A stretch of DNA of 64,000 nucleotides from positions 1 to 64,000 of the forward strand of contig JAQGDQ010000905.1 of assembly GCA_030141605.1 (NCBI GenBank). Reading direction: 5' to 3'. The stretch is from Tubiluchus corallicola (Eukaryota; Animalia; Priapulida). The position numbers and the translations under genes are program-made. Each line of letters begins with the position of its first letter. The first letter of the stretch is position 1. Positions 51,720-64,000 of this stretch are shown here, in pieces. Below the pieces are notes generated by a model that made no database searches, was not told the DNA's origin, and was given only the letters and a program-made list of their open reading frames with translations.

Positions 51720-53700
51720 TTAGTATGATAGCTAATAGTAACTTTTGTTTTATTATAAATGTAGTAACTGTGAGGTGCTTATTCCATGTTGTTCAATTTT
51801 TTTATTAGAATTTGTTCTTTTATTAGGAACGGGATCGTCAGAGAAATTGTTGTCGAAGTTGTTGAAGGATTTGAGGTTGGGAGGTATTCGAGGTTCCGAG
51901 AATTCATCGTCAAGGGGTTTGGGTGGGAGGTCGTCGAAGCAGGTTAGCAATGAGGTTGGTGATAAGGAGAATGTGGCAGGTATTGAGTTTGATTATTTTA
52001 ATAAGGAAAGTCATGCAGAGAAGGTTGTGACATGGAAGACAGCATCAAAGGCAGTCCGGGAATGTTTATCAGTTGAAAAACACACTCAAGTTGTTTCTAA
52101 AGTAAAGGGTTTGCAAAAGATGGGCTTATCTAGTGTAGCAGTAGGTGTTAGTGGTGGCAAACGTTCTTCTTCTTCTTCTTCTGTGTGCTCTTCCTTGGCA
52201 TTTTCTGGGGAGTATGTAAGTAGTAAAAAGATTGTCTAAATTTAATTCCAAGACAGGTTCATTAGAGTTAAAACCGAAGAATCCTGCAGTTTCTTATGAT
52301 GATCAAAATGAAATTGTGCTTTGTGATGAAGGTAGTTTAGCATGTTGCCAAGAGGGGAGGGTAGTAAGAAGGGGGAAAGTAGTTTGCATAATTCTAGGTT
52401 TGTATGCGTGGTTGGTGGTTCATCTGCAGATAAGGATGTACAAACGGAGGCAATATTAGAGTATGATTCAAAGATTGGTTCAATTTTATGTGTTGTGAAG
52501 ACTTTTTGAAGGAGTAGCCTATTGGGAGTAAAACACGAGAAGGAGGTTAGGGATATATACACACTCTGGTGGTCAGAAAATAGAAAATTATCTTATAAAA
52601 AAGCTGCAGACAAACATGTAGAGCAGACAGAGAGGTCAAGGTGGACTTGGCAGGTGAAACCTAAGCATTATAGCCCTAGTAGAGAGAGTTTGGCTTTCTT
52701 AGATAAAACAGTGTCATGATTTAAAGGAAGATGCATCTGACTTATTTAATCTTTTTGATTTGGTGATTCATGGCATTTGATTCGTGGTATTTTGCATAAG
52801 ATGGAGACACTGGGTGGCAGGCATATGAAGATTTCTTGTTTCAGTTCTAGCACATCAAAACAGGCGGAGGAGTTTGCTCAATTAAGTCGCGGTTATAGTT
52901 GCACTTTTGATTCATTGTTAGTTGAGATTAGGAACTTGATTTCTTTAACAAAAGCAGGGAGGTGCAAGGGTTAGAGGGGGAAGGTTAGATAAAAAATGAA
53001 TTAATTAAATGACTACACTACATGTATGTTAATTTTGTGATTCTTTATATAATTTTGGGTATCTGAAGTCTTGCGTATATGACTTAACTTCCGTTTTTTT
53101 TTTAAAACATTTTGGGGTTGCTTTAATGTTTGCTTTTGTGATTTTTTCACGACATTTGGGTATTTTAGTTTGATGTGTGTGATTTCGTTTGTATTTTTAT
53201 TGATGAAATTCACATTGGTTTAGATTCTTTACAGTTTTGAGCTGCATGTCTTCACATTATTTTTTGTTTTTTTTTTGTTGTTTTAATTCTACTGCATAAG
53301 ATTTTGCTTGAGGTATTATTGATGGAAATGATGCTTATGATGGTTTAATTTTCAAGATTTGGTTATATTTCGCATTATTTTTTCTGATTTTTTTGTATGA
53401 CTTTTTTGTCATTTTAAATTGTTGTGCATAAAATTTAGCTTGTGGTATTGTTGACAGAAATGACGCTTGTGATCGGTTTGATTTTTTAGGATTTGGGTAT
53501 TTTTTATATTACTTCTTTGTGAGTTCTTGTATTTGATTATTTAAATTTGATGTGTGTTTCATTTGCATTACTGTGGATATAAATAATTGCTTATAATTGC
53601 TTTTAAATAAAATTTTTTAAAGAGTCTGCTAAACCCATTGGGCTGCCTTCGGATTTACGGTGCTATTGCAGGGTTAAGTAAAAAACTTTCGGTATTTGAA
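51720..53700 (+). mobile_element. Degenerate 5' region of the Penelope-like element family seen at 61200-64000
   Basis: Shared peptides FDYFNKE, SVCSS, NSKTGSLEL(K/R)PKNPA(V/I)SYDD; 53580-53650 matches 61960-62037. Confidence 0.7.
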
Positions 53701-54884
53701 GATATAATCTATGATATGGTACTGCAGGGCTGTGATGAGATGAAGTGTAATACTGGCAGGGGAAAACAGCGGACTTCGCAGGTGTGCGTGTGAACGTGGC
53801 TTTATCTAGCACAGACTCGTATTCTGACCTTGTGTTAGTAAAAGCCACTAGTCACGTGCACACCTGAGCTTATAAAAAGGGAAGGTCTGCTGTAGATCCT
53901 TGTCAGTGGTCGTCTCATCTCAGCTCTGTTCACTTCTCACAGGCTTTGCTCTATTCTATTCTGTTCGGTAAGCTATTTGGAATATTTTTGTAATAAACTG
54001 TCATTTTGATTTTATTATTCATTTTGGTTTTGGTTTGGCATTGACTTAGTTGAGACATGCCGCACGGTGTAGACCGCGGTGCCATCCGTCCTGCGACCGT
54101 TGAAAGTGGACAGCAGTCCAATATAATGCTGCGGGGTCTGCTTTTAAAGCAGATCGAACTAAATTGGAAATACTTTGCGGTCTTCCACCGCTCCACATTG
54201 AATTAAATGTAATTGTTGTTAAATCTTGTCTCAAGATGTTATGTCAGAATGCTGATGATTTAGTTAAACAAAAGATTCTGCAGTATACCATATACTGACT
54301 GACTGACATGTTATGAGAGACTCGACTTCATTTTATCTGAAGCAAATAAAAACATTTTCTGCTAATCCAACGTCAAAAAGATAATTAACTGCTATAATGA
54401 AAATGTATAATAATATTATGAAATATGAAGAAATCAAACTTACATCTTTGCCGCATCTTACTAACTTGCTAAAGAGAACTCGACTGACAAAATTTTGTTA
54501 TAAAGCGACACAACGTACTGAACAAGAATGGCTTCTTTCCTATCCTTTCTGTAAAATGAGGCCAATGGCCTATTTCCTGTGCTAGCTCACCTGTCTATCA
54601 ACAGCCTAAATTTGCAATAAACAAACACAAGGAGGCACCACATGCTTATATCCAAAACAGCTACTTTCGGTGACATATAAAACTCTCAATACACCACATG
54701 CTTATATCCAAAACAGTTACTTTCGGTGACGTATAAAGCTCTCAATACATGGAGCACATCCATGGAATAAGCAGTCAATCAGTTTACATCATGGTCATCA
54801 CCAGAGAGAATAAAGCGTTGATAAAGATTTGTTGCCTAGCCGGAATGACCTGAAGCTCGAATTCTGGTTAGCTTAACTAATCAG

Positions 54885-55017
54885 CCTTGTTACAACTTTT
54901 ACTTGGTTGCCCCTCTCATCGGGACCGGTTTGAAGACCTCACTAAATCATTCAATCGGTAGGAGCAACGGGCGGTGTGCACAAAGGGCAGGGACGTAATC
55001 AACACGAGCTTATGACT
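54885..55017 (-). rRNA. 18S rRNA 3'-region pseudogene fragment with internal deletion
   Basis: Reverse complement reads GTTGATTACGTCCCTGCCCTTTGTGCACACCGCCCGTTGCTCCTACCGATTGAATGATTTAGTGAGG...AAGTAAAAGTTGTAACAAGG, matching universal SSU motifs with substitutions. Confidence 0.85.
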
Positions 55018-55564
55018 ATTAGTATAATCAGTCAGTATTCTGTGGTATGGTAGTGCACATCCGACAAGAAGGCATATTTATAGAAATATTATGTATACAC
55101 ATGCGCAGACTGTGAGACACTTTTTAAAACTTGTCTGGAATGAAAACTTCCGTACTACAGGTCTTGAAGAAGTTCCTGAAAATATGTTAAAGCTCTGGAT
55201 TATGTTTGTTGTACCTGGTCAAATAAATTTAGGCATGTTATGCAATTTCGAGGAGAAAATGTCGAAATGCAGAATGTAAGCCATTGACAATGCCTTCGGA
55301 GACTGGTGTGGTATGGTTAGTTTTGGTTAGTGTGTCCTCTTTCCTGTGTATAAGGTTCTATCATAGGAACAAGAGCTGACGACGCTAAGTTTTGTCACTT
55401 GAAATGGACCCGCTCGAAGCCTCGCCTGGTGTAAAAGCACAGGACCAGTAATGTACAGTCTGCTTGAACGACTAGGTAAGACAGGATGTTTCTTTGGTGT
55501 GTGATGTGTTAATGTTATTATATTACTGTTACAACAAGCACTGTTATTCTTTTTTCACTGTGTA

Positions 55565-56045
55565 TGTGTATATTTTTAGGTGCTGCCATCTATGAACTAA
55601 TCCTTTTACATTTTACTAGCTAAACTCACCCCTAGTATGATTGTACGGTCCAGTGAATATTCACTGGATCTCTCCCTATTTTACAGTAATGGTTTTTGTG
55701 AAGCCAAGTTTGCACAATTACCTATACCTATATATACTGACTGGATTTACTTTCTAGTCGCTGTCTCACTCTCAATGCAGTGCAGAAGTCGTGTTACACA
55801 ACTGTCTCACTACACAGCTGTCTAACGCGCACTCTCAGTGCAGTGCAGCAGTCGTGATACTCATGTCACTTACTGTCTAACTCTCAGTGATCAGTGCAGG
55901 ACACTCTTGTTCTCAGTGTTCAGTGTAGCAGTCATTCTACATATGTGCATGTAGTCTAATAAACACTTTTCAGTTTTGTGCAGATATGTAGTATAGTGTT
56001 TTATTCTTTTGTGATTCATCTACGACCTCAAACATGACTTTCACA
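55565..56045 (+). mobile_element. Solo LTR related to the BEL/Pao LTR at 49782
   Basis: TGTG..CACA ends; 5-bp TSD GTGTA; shared aggtgctgccatctatg, ggtccagtgaata, aataaacactttt, atgactttcaca. Confidence 0.8.
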
Positions 56046-56431
56046 GTGTATGCGGCACATTTGCCTTGAAAGCAGGAGTGAGAGTGAAAGGAGTGAAACA
56101 GAAAAGCAAAAGCTGAAAATGTAGACAAGAATGACAGACAGTGATTCAAGTTCTGAATTTGAGCTACCAGGTAATCCAGCTTTTGCAACTTCAAGGTATA
56201 AAAAATAAACGCTATTTTTCATATAGGAGTGGAAAAAGTAATAAGCAACACGAGTGTTACTTTGTTTCTTCCTTTTTATAAATTTCTCACCATATCATAA
56301 GTTGGCGATTTTGTTCACTGTGTAGGACCTGAATTCAACCTGCAGTGTCAGTTTGTAATTTTGTATAATGCCTGTTAGCGTCACTGCAATGTAATGTTTT
56401 TCAATGCGGTGAAAAAGTGAAAAACGGCAAA

Positions 56432-57686
56432 GGTGAAATCATAACACTGTATGAAAACAGTACACAAAAGGTTTACACCAACATTGAGCAAGTGACCAGC
56501 CACCTAAAGCCTGGTGAAATCATAACACTGTATGAAAGCAGTGCACAAAAGATTTACATCAACATTGACCAAGTGACCAGCCACCTAAAGCCTGGTGAAA
56601 TCATAACACTGTATGAAAACAGTACACAAAAGGTTTAAATCGACATTGACCAAGTGACCAGCCACCTAAAGCCTAGTGAAATCATAACACTGTATGAAAA
56701 CAGTACACAAAGGTTTACATCAACATTGAGCAAGTGACCAGCCACCTAAAGCCTGGTGAAATCATAACACTGTATGAAAGCAGTGCACAAAAGGTTTACA
56801 TCAACATTGAGCAAGTGACCAGCCACCTAAAGCCTGGTGAAATCATAACACTGTATGAAAGCAGTGCACAAAAGATTTACATCAACATTGACCAAGTGAC
56901 CAGCCACCTAAAGCCAGGTGAAATCATAACACTGTATGAAAGCAGTACACAAAAGGTTTACATCGACATTGACCAAGTGACCAGCCACCTAAAGACTGGT
57001 GAAATCATAACACAGTATGAAAGCAGTACACAAAAGGTTTACATTAACATTGACCAAGTGACCAGCCACCTAAAGCCTGGTGAAATCATAACACTGTATG
57101 AAAACAGTACACAAAAGGTTTACATCGACATTGACCAAGTGACCAGCCACCTAAAGCCTGGTGAAATCATAACACTGTATGAAAGCAGTACACAAAAGGT
57201 TTACATCGACATTGACCAAGTGACCAGCCACCTAAAGCCTGGTGAAATCATAACACTGTATGAAAACAGTACACAAAAGGTTTACATCGACATTGACCAA
57301 GTGACCAGCCACCTAAAGCCTGGTGAAATCATAACACTGTATGAAAGCAGTACACAAAAGGTTTACATGGACATTGAGCAAGTGACCAGCCACCTAAAGC
57401 CTGGTGAAATCATAACACTGTATGAAAGCAGTACACAAAAGGTTTACATCGACATTGACCAAGTGACCAGCCACCCAAAGCCTGGTGAACTCATAACACT
57501 GTATGAAAGCAGTACACAAAAGGTTTACATCGACATTGACCAAGTGACCAGCCACCTAAAGCCTGGTGAAATCATAACACTGTATGAAAGCAGTACACAA
57601 AAGGTTTACATCGACATTGACCAAGTGACCAGCCACCTAAAACCTGGTGAAATCATAACACTGTATGAAAACAGTGCACAAAAGGT
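56432..57686. repeat. 81-bp minisatellite, ~15.5 copies
   Basis: Period 81 (27-aa repeat ORF). Confidence 0.95.
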
Positions 57687-59128
57687 ATATATATGTATAA
57701 ATATGTCACTTACTGTACCGAGTACACAATTGTGGTATTTAATTGTCAGTCTACTACACTAAAGTACTGATTTAGTCTATGCTGCCATTTACACTCTAAT
57801 TGTACAAAGTTTGTCAGAGAGAGACTTTTTGTTTCTAAATATTGTTTCCCATTGCTTTTAGAGATAGTCATTAATCAGAGTAATTAGGTTTTATGTTAAT
57901 CTCATATTATTAATTTCATGTTTTAATTCTGGTTCTAACTCTCTTATTCATATTTAAATAGAGAAAAATTATAACACAGCTTTCTGTTAACCAATAATCT
58001 TTATTCTGCTATCAAAGAAGCCAAGTAGACTTTGATTTTGGTTTAACTAGTAGTCTGTAGAGTATAGCAGACCTTTCCATTTATGGTTTGTATGCATGAA
58101 TGTCATGTACCTTCCAATAGGAACTTGTATGTCTGGTCATGTGATTACAGCTTTATTCTCTCAGGAATGCAAGTTCCAGTTGATCTAGAGACAGCATTGA
58201 GAAAGGATGCAAATTTTCTACTGTAAAATATCATATGGCTAACTTTATGACTGTTTGTTCAATTTATGGTCTGTGAACATTGTAGTTTTACAATAAAATG
58301 ATTGTAAATTTCTACATCTGGTGTTGAAACCCGGGAAGTTCTGAGGATCAAAAGACAGCAATGTTAAAGGTTATGTTCTTGAGTGCAAGGTTTTCTCAGT
58401 AAATTGTTTGTTGCTTTTAAGCCACTGTGTGTGGAGAGAATTTTTATGGCAATGAAACAAGTTATACAGTTATACAGTTATTCTACATTCCACCATCATC
58501 TGTGAATGTTGTATACGTTTTACAATAAAATGATTGCAAATTTCTACATCTGGTGCCCATTGTCCTCACACATTTTTAAGTTTTGGAATAACAGCTTTCT
58601 AATATCCAAGACTAACACAGTTCTGTGTGTCATAATTATTGGTCATTCCAAATTACTGGTGAAAGCTGCTAGGTCAGTGAAGAGGATATAACAGTGTCTT
58701 TAAGGTTTGTCAAATTAATACACAAATGAGCATAATTCTGAAACCTTAAGGAAACATGGGTAAATCTAATCCTAGCTAAAAATTCAAACACATTAGTATC
58801 TCATTCAACCTCCAATGTAGGAAAAGTTGAACACAATTGTATAAAAAAGTTTTTTTATCACAGGAAATTGCAGAGCAACAGGTGATGTATTGCAGTTACA
58901 GTAGAAAACAGAATATCTAAGCAAACTGTATTCCATCAACCATAAATAATAACTTATGAGGAGAACTGACTAGTTACTTAACAAAATGGAGCTACAAGCA
59001 GTGTCATAAATGCACTTTACAATGTACAGAGCAGCCCAAGCAGTGCTGACTCTGTAAACAGTTGCCAAGCCATTTTCACACTGTTTAATCCTATAAAAAA
59101 TCTAGCAACCATGGGATATCTGAAACAA

Positions 59129-59730
59129 GGGACTATCAGCTGTTCAGCAAAACAAAACAAAGGACTACCAGCTGTTCAGCAAAACAAAACAAAAGACTAT
59201 CAGCTGTTCAGCAAAACAAAACAAAGGACCAACAGCTGTCCAGCAAAACAAAACAAAGGACTATCAGCTGTTCAGCAAAACAAAACAAAGGACTATCAGC
59301 TGTTCAGCAAAACAAAACAAAGGACCAACAGCTGTCCAGCAAAACAAAACAAAGGACTATCAGCTGTTCAGCAAAACAAAACAAAGGACTATCAGCTGTT
59401 CAGCAAAACAAAACAAAGGACCAACAGCTGTCCAGCAAAACAAAACAAAGGACTATCAGCTGTTCAGCAAAACAAAACAAAGGACTATCAGCTGTTCAGC
59501 AAAACAAAACAAAGGACCAACAGCTGTCCAGCAAAACAAAACAAAGGACTATCAGCTGTTCAGCAAAACAAAACAAAGGACTATCAGCTGTCCAGCAAAA
59601 CAAAACAAAGGACTATCAGCTGTCCAGCAAAACAAAACAAAAGACTATTAGCTGTTCAGCAAAACAAAACAAAAGACTATCAGCTGTTCAGCAAAACAAA
59701 ACAAAAGACTATCAGCTGTTCAGCAAAACA
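59129..59730. repeat. 32-bp minisatellite with 96-bp higher-order repeat, inside an interspersed element
   Basis: Period 32; flanks match 49230-49358. Confidence 0.93.
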
Positions 59731-60208
59731 TTACTGTGTTGTTTTGTCAGAGAGTCTGTAAGACTGTGAGAGTCTACAGAGCAACATGTCACATAATGTA
59801 TTGGAAGCATGAAATGTGCTGTGCTGCCATTAAGTGCAGCAGTGTAGTATCTTCAGCAAGAAAGCAGTGTCATAAACAACACTTTGCAGTGTACAGTGCA
59901 GTGCAAGTGGTGCTGACTGTAAAACCTTGCAAAGCTGTTTTTCACTTAACCCAAACAAATGTCTTGCAACAGCAAGTGAAACAATTGAAGCTATTCTGCT
60001 CTACTCTGATTAGGATGCTGAGGAAGCGGAACTAGATAAAGTTTTGGGACCGAAACTAGTGCTTTCTGTTTTGCTTCCATTCTGGTAAAGCTGTTCCTGT
60101 AAGCAATGGAAAAGTACTTGATTAAAGCCATGCGAAAAATTCATAAAATTTTCCGGAAATATCCTTGCAATTTTAAGCAATAAATCAGCTCTGCAAATGA
60201 GCATCCTC

Positions 60209-60280
60209 TTAACCCCTTCAGGACCGCACCATTCAAAATAGGTCTTATAACACCCACGACCTTTTTGCTACTGTATATAA
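60209..60280 (+). mobile_element. piggyBac-type element left end
   Basis: TTAA|ccccttcaggaccgcaccattcaaaataggtcttataa; similar copy at ~17940. Confidence 0.5.
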
Positions 60281-61199
60281 CTAGATGATTCAAGAGCTAA
60301 GGCTTCACAAAGTTGAAAAAACTGATTTTTTTCTTATAAGTTTAAAGTATGGTACCAGCATGTGTATGGTGTCCACAAAATTGGCTGCATATGGTACATC
60401 ATTGGGTAGAGAATTCATTGCACTATCATAACTGTATCATAACTGGGCACCTTGTTGACAGATGGCACTTCCATGTTCATTAATGTAAAGGTTCTGTCAC
60501 ATAAGCGAATACCTTAGTTTCAATTAAAAAATTTCTTATTAGCAGCATAACGAACAATCCGATGTATTGCTAGACTGGCAGTGTACTGCTATTTAACTAA
60601 TATATTGCATTATTTCTACTATCATTTGACGAAAAATTAGACTGGCGAAATGATGAGCTGTGCCTTGGCGAAAATGACCACACCCTCAAAATTTCAGATT
60701 AAAAAATATTGTGATCTGTGTATGGACACATGTTCAGAGACACAATGAGGAAAATGAGCAAATGATCTATACAGCTATAGACCAGCAAACAAAATAGGTA
60801 ATGGAGTAATACAGATCCAGATACAGATTTTTCCAATCAAATGTAGATGATGGTAACTTGAAAAGGGACAAAAAAATGCCTACAGAAAAGGGTATTGTTT
60901 GTAGTGAGTATTCATATAGTCAGTAGTCTGAGATTGTGGTTGTTAGTGTGTTAGAATTGTTTTTGTTGGTGCTTGCTTTGATGAGTTTTCAAAAGTGGTA
61001 AAGTTTTCAACGTACTTTCTCATGTGCTTGTTATTGGTTAGGTAGCTAATGTTATGTAATGTAAGCTTTATTTTTTGTTTCAGTGGAGTTGTCATCTTGT
61101 TTTGTCTTTGTTGACACCAATTGTTATGGAGCTTAACTCTTTAAAATAAGGTATTTCATTTTATTGCTTATTTTAATTTGGTTGATTTGATATCATTGT

Positions 61200-64000
61200 G
61201 AAGTGTTTGTTCGTGTGACTGTTTGTAGTTAAAGTAATTGTGAGGTTACATTATTGTGATGATGAATTTGTTCTTTAATTAGGGATGAGGAGTTGTTGTC
61301 TGGGCTGCTTAGGGATTTGAAGTCGGGAGGAGAACGGGATTCTGGGTTTTCCATGTCATCAGGAGTCGAAAGAGGATCATCGCGCAGGGTCCGTGGCGGG
61401 TTAGCTGACAAGGAGAATGGAACTGGTAACTTATTTAATTATTTCAATAAAGAGGGTCTCACAGGTCAAGTTGTGATGCAGAAGTCATCTTCTTTGTCGG
61501 TTCGGGAAAGTTTGTCAGTTAAAAGACATCCTAAAATTGTTTCGGCAAAGGATGGTTATCAAAATTTGGGTACAGTTAGTGTAGTTGGTGCTAGTGGTAG
61601 CAAGCGTTCTCCTCCTTCTGTGTGTTCGTCTTCGGGATTTTTAGGTGAGAGAGCAGGTAACCAAAGGATAGTGTCTCGTTATAATTCTAAAACAGGTTCG
61701 TTGGAGTTAAGGCCGAAAAATCCTGCAATATCCTATGATGATCATAATGAAATTGTGTCATTTGATGAGGGTGGTTCAGTAGAAAAGCCAACGGGGGAGG
61801 TTAGTAAGAGGGGTGTGGGGAGTTTGCGCAAATCTGGGTTAGTTAGTAAGAGTAGGGCATTTTTCTTAATTAATCTTAATTCTTCTTAGCGATTTTTTTT
61901 TGCTATTCTATTTGATTGTTTTAATTTTGCATGTATGCTTTATTTTTGATGTTGTTGAGTAAATGTTGCTTATAATTGTTTTAAACAAATTTTTTACATT
62001 TTTCACAGAGTTTGCTAAGTCGTTCGGGGCTGCCTTTGTTGGAGACTGATGTGGTAGGGTCAAATTTTTTTGGTTTGGTGAGTGATTTGTTTAATGGTAG
62101 CGTGGATTCCTTTCATGTAGCGTACGAGCAGGATGTGGTAAGAAAGTATACTTCCTTTTATCGAAAGCATGTGTTCTTTTAATGTTTTAGTGTTTTTTTA
62201 TGTAGTTGCCTTGGTCAAGTCGAGTGCTTTTTATGTGAGTGCAGTGTTAAGGCATAAGTACAATTCCGAAAGTTTAACTAATAGTTTAAGTTTTCGATGT
62301 GGTGGTGTGCTTTCTTTGGAGGATCGTGATTCCGTAGAGTCTAATGTCGACACTTTACGAAGTTTGGTTTGGCTTGAAGGGGATGCATATAGGAATTTAC
62401 ATGGTCATAAATTTATGTTGGATAAAAAAGATGGCAAGCATATACTTACCTAGATTAGTTAAGAAGAGAAATTCTGTTTCGTATGGTCGTTTATCACGAG
62501 CATTGAGATCGCTGGAGAGTTGTATTATTGATGGATATTATCGAGGCTTAAGGTCAGTTGAGCGTGATGCTGAGAAGGATCGTGTAAATAGTGGGTTAAC
62601 ATCTCTGGTTCATAATTTTACTGGCCAGAAATTAAGTAAGGAGCAAGTTGATTTTTTAAGTCAGGGCAATGGTTTTGTACCTAAAACACCTGTTCAGGTA
62701 AATAAATTAATTCAGACTTTAAAAGAATCTGTAGAGACTGCTCTGCTAAAGTATATTTTACGTTTGTTAAATATATGGAAAAAACCAGCTAGATTTACAA
62801 GAGTGGAGATACTGAGGTATTTAAGTCATCCTGATTTAGCAAAATCTGCAAAGATAGAGATTACAAATATTTTATTTAAGTTAGATAGGGAGATAAGCAG
62901 AATTGAGCATTATGGGTTAAGCACTCTAAAGGGTTCTTCAGTTTATAGAACATCTGAGATTATTAATGGTTTGAAAAAATTGGCTAGGCGTAATGGTTCA
63001 GTTATTCGCACAGCTGATAAGAATTGTGATTTTTCAGTAAATTGTTTGGAGTATTATCGCAGGGAGTATGATCGTCAGCTTTCTCAATCTTGTTATGAAA
63101 GGTGTAGCTTGAAGGTGGCTCAGGTTGTAGCGGAGTGCAGGAGTCATGTTGAGTTTTCTGTGCGAATGCATATTGCTCGGATTAAGCGTATCAAGAACTA
63201 TATTGATGTTTCTGGCAGGGAGGTTTATTTACCTAAAGTGAGCGAGGCTGATGCAGTAATATGTTCAGAAAGGAGTTGTAATGTTCCATTTAAACTGAGT
63301 TTCAGTTGAAGTGTAGGCCTAATATTACTGGCTATGATGCAGTGAATTTGGAGTTAAGTGAATTAGTTGGTAAGAAGTTAGAAAAGATAAATGAGGCATT
63401 GCTCGAGAGGACGCAGTCTGCATTTGTGGTACGGACTCTTGTTACAAATAGTTCTAGGGCGGTTGCTGTTTTGAAAACTTTGGATATCTCGCTTCGCTTG
63501 GCAATAGTGGAGTTTGACTTTGCTGAATTATATACTAATGTGAGTCATGTTGATGTACATTCTAGTGTCAAGTCAAGCTTGCTTATGTTGGGTGTTGATT
63601 TTTATGATATAGAGTCTTTTTTGCTTCTTTTGGATGAGTCCATAGATCAGAATTATTTTAGGGTGGGGATTACATATATAGGCAGGTTTCAGGTTTATTT
63701 ATGGGTTCTAAGAGTTCTCTGGCAGCTGTCAATAATGTTTTGATATTTTCTGAGTATAGGTTATATAAGGATCAATCCAATTTAATAAGCAACGTGAAGT
63801 TCTTTAAAAGGTATGTGGATTCTGGCTTAGCTTTGGTACATTTGATTATCTTTTGATGTTTTTGGATGTCATTACGCAGTATCTTTAGAAATAAAAATTG
63901 GGATTCGATCGTGCCGTATTCCTGGATTTGGAATTACGTTTGTCAGGTACTAGGGGAAGGAGGGCATTGATTTATACGCATGTGAAACCTCAGAATCCTA
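61200..64000 (+). mobile_element. Penelope-like retroelement, frameshifted RT, runs off the window
   Basis: VHNFT..LS....FLSQG..FVP, IRTADKN, YLPKV, RP, FDFAELYTNV, NYF..RQVSGLFMG, RYVDS, FLDL, VKP motifs across several frames. Confidence 0.85.

Noticed and set aside
55232-55475. Two AG/GT-bounded exon-like segments on +
   Set aside because: The larger segment has stops in all three frames; cannot support a coding gene
56734-57762. 342-aa 27-mer repeat protein
   Set aside because: 81-bp array has a stop (~56636) and a frameshift (~56711) in earlier copies, and no ATG or convincing acceptor; probably open by chance
63300-63312. TGA in PLE RT as selenocysteine readthrough
   Set aside because: Downstream RT continues in a different frame, so this is a frameshift rather than an in-frame UGA

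Overview
AT-rich animal (probably invertebrate) nuclear DNA with spliceosomal introns, not prokaryotic, so most ORF-track hits are artefacts of tandem repeats. Main content: (1) A 10-exon, frame-intact TTLL4-like ATP-grasp ligase on + (4556-18838; 5' exons not found). Its ATP/metal core is largely kept, but its putative glutamate-binding residues are replaced. (2) A ~0.9 kb inverted duplicate containing one of its exons. (3) A frameshifted, apparently truncated FBXO4-like gene on - (23576-27563). (4) An intronless orphan type-I membrane protein ORF (46492-47286, -). (5) Many transposon relics: hAT MITEs with 8-bp TSDs, Kolobok-like and pogo-like MITEs, a Chapaev-like transposase fragment, an internally deleted BEL/Pao element, a solo LTR, two Penelope-like relics and a SINE. 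(6) An 18S rRNA fragment. Roughly a quarter of the window is unrelated 26-104 bp minisatellite arrays, and many begin or end exactly on functional boundaries (3' splice sites, stop codon/poly(A) signals, transposon termini). Homologue comparisons are from recalled family motifs, not from searches.
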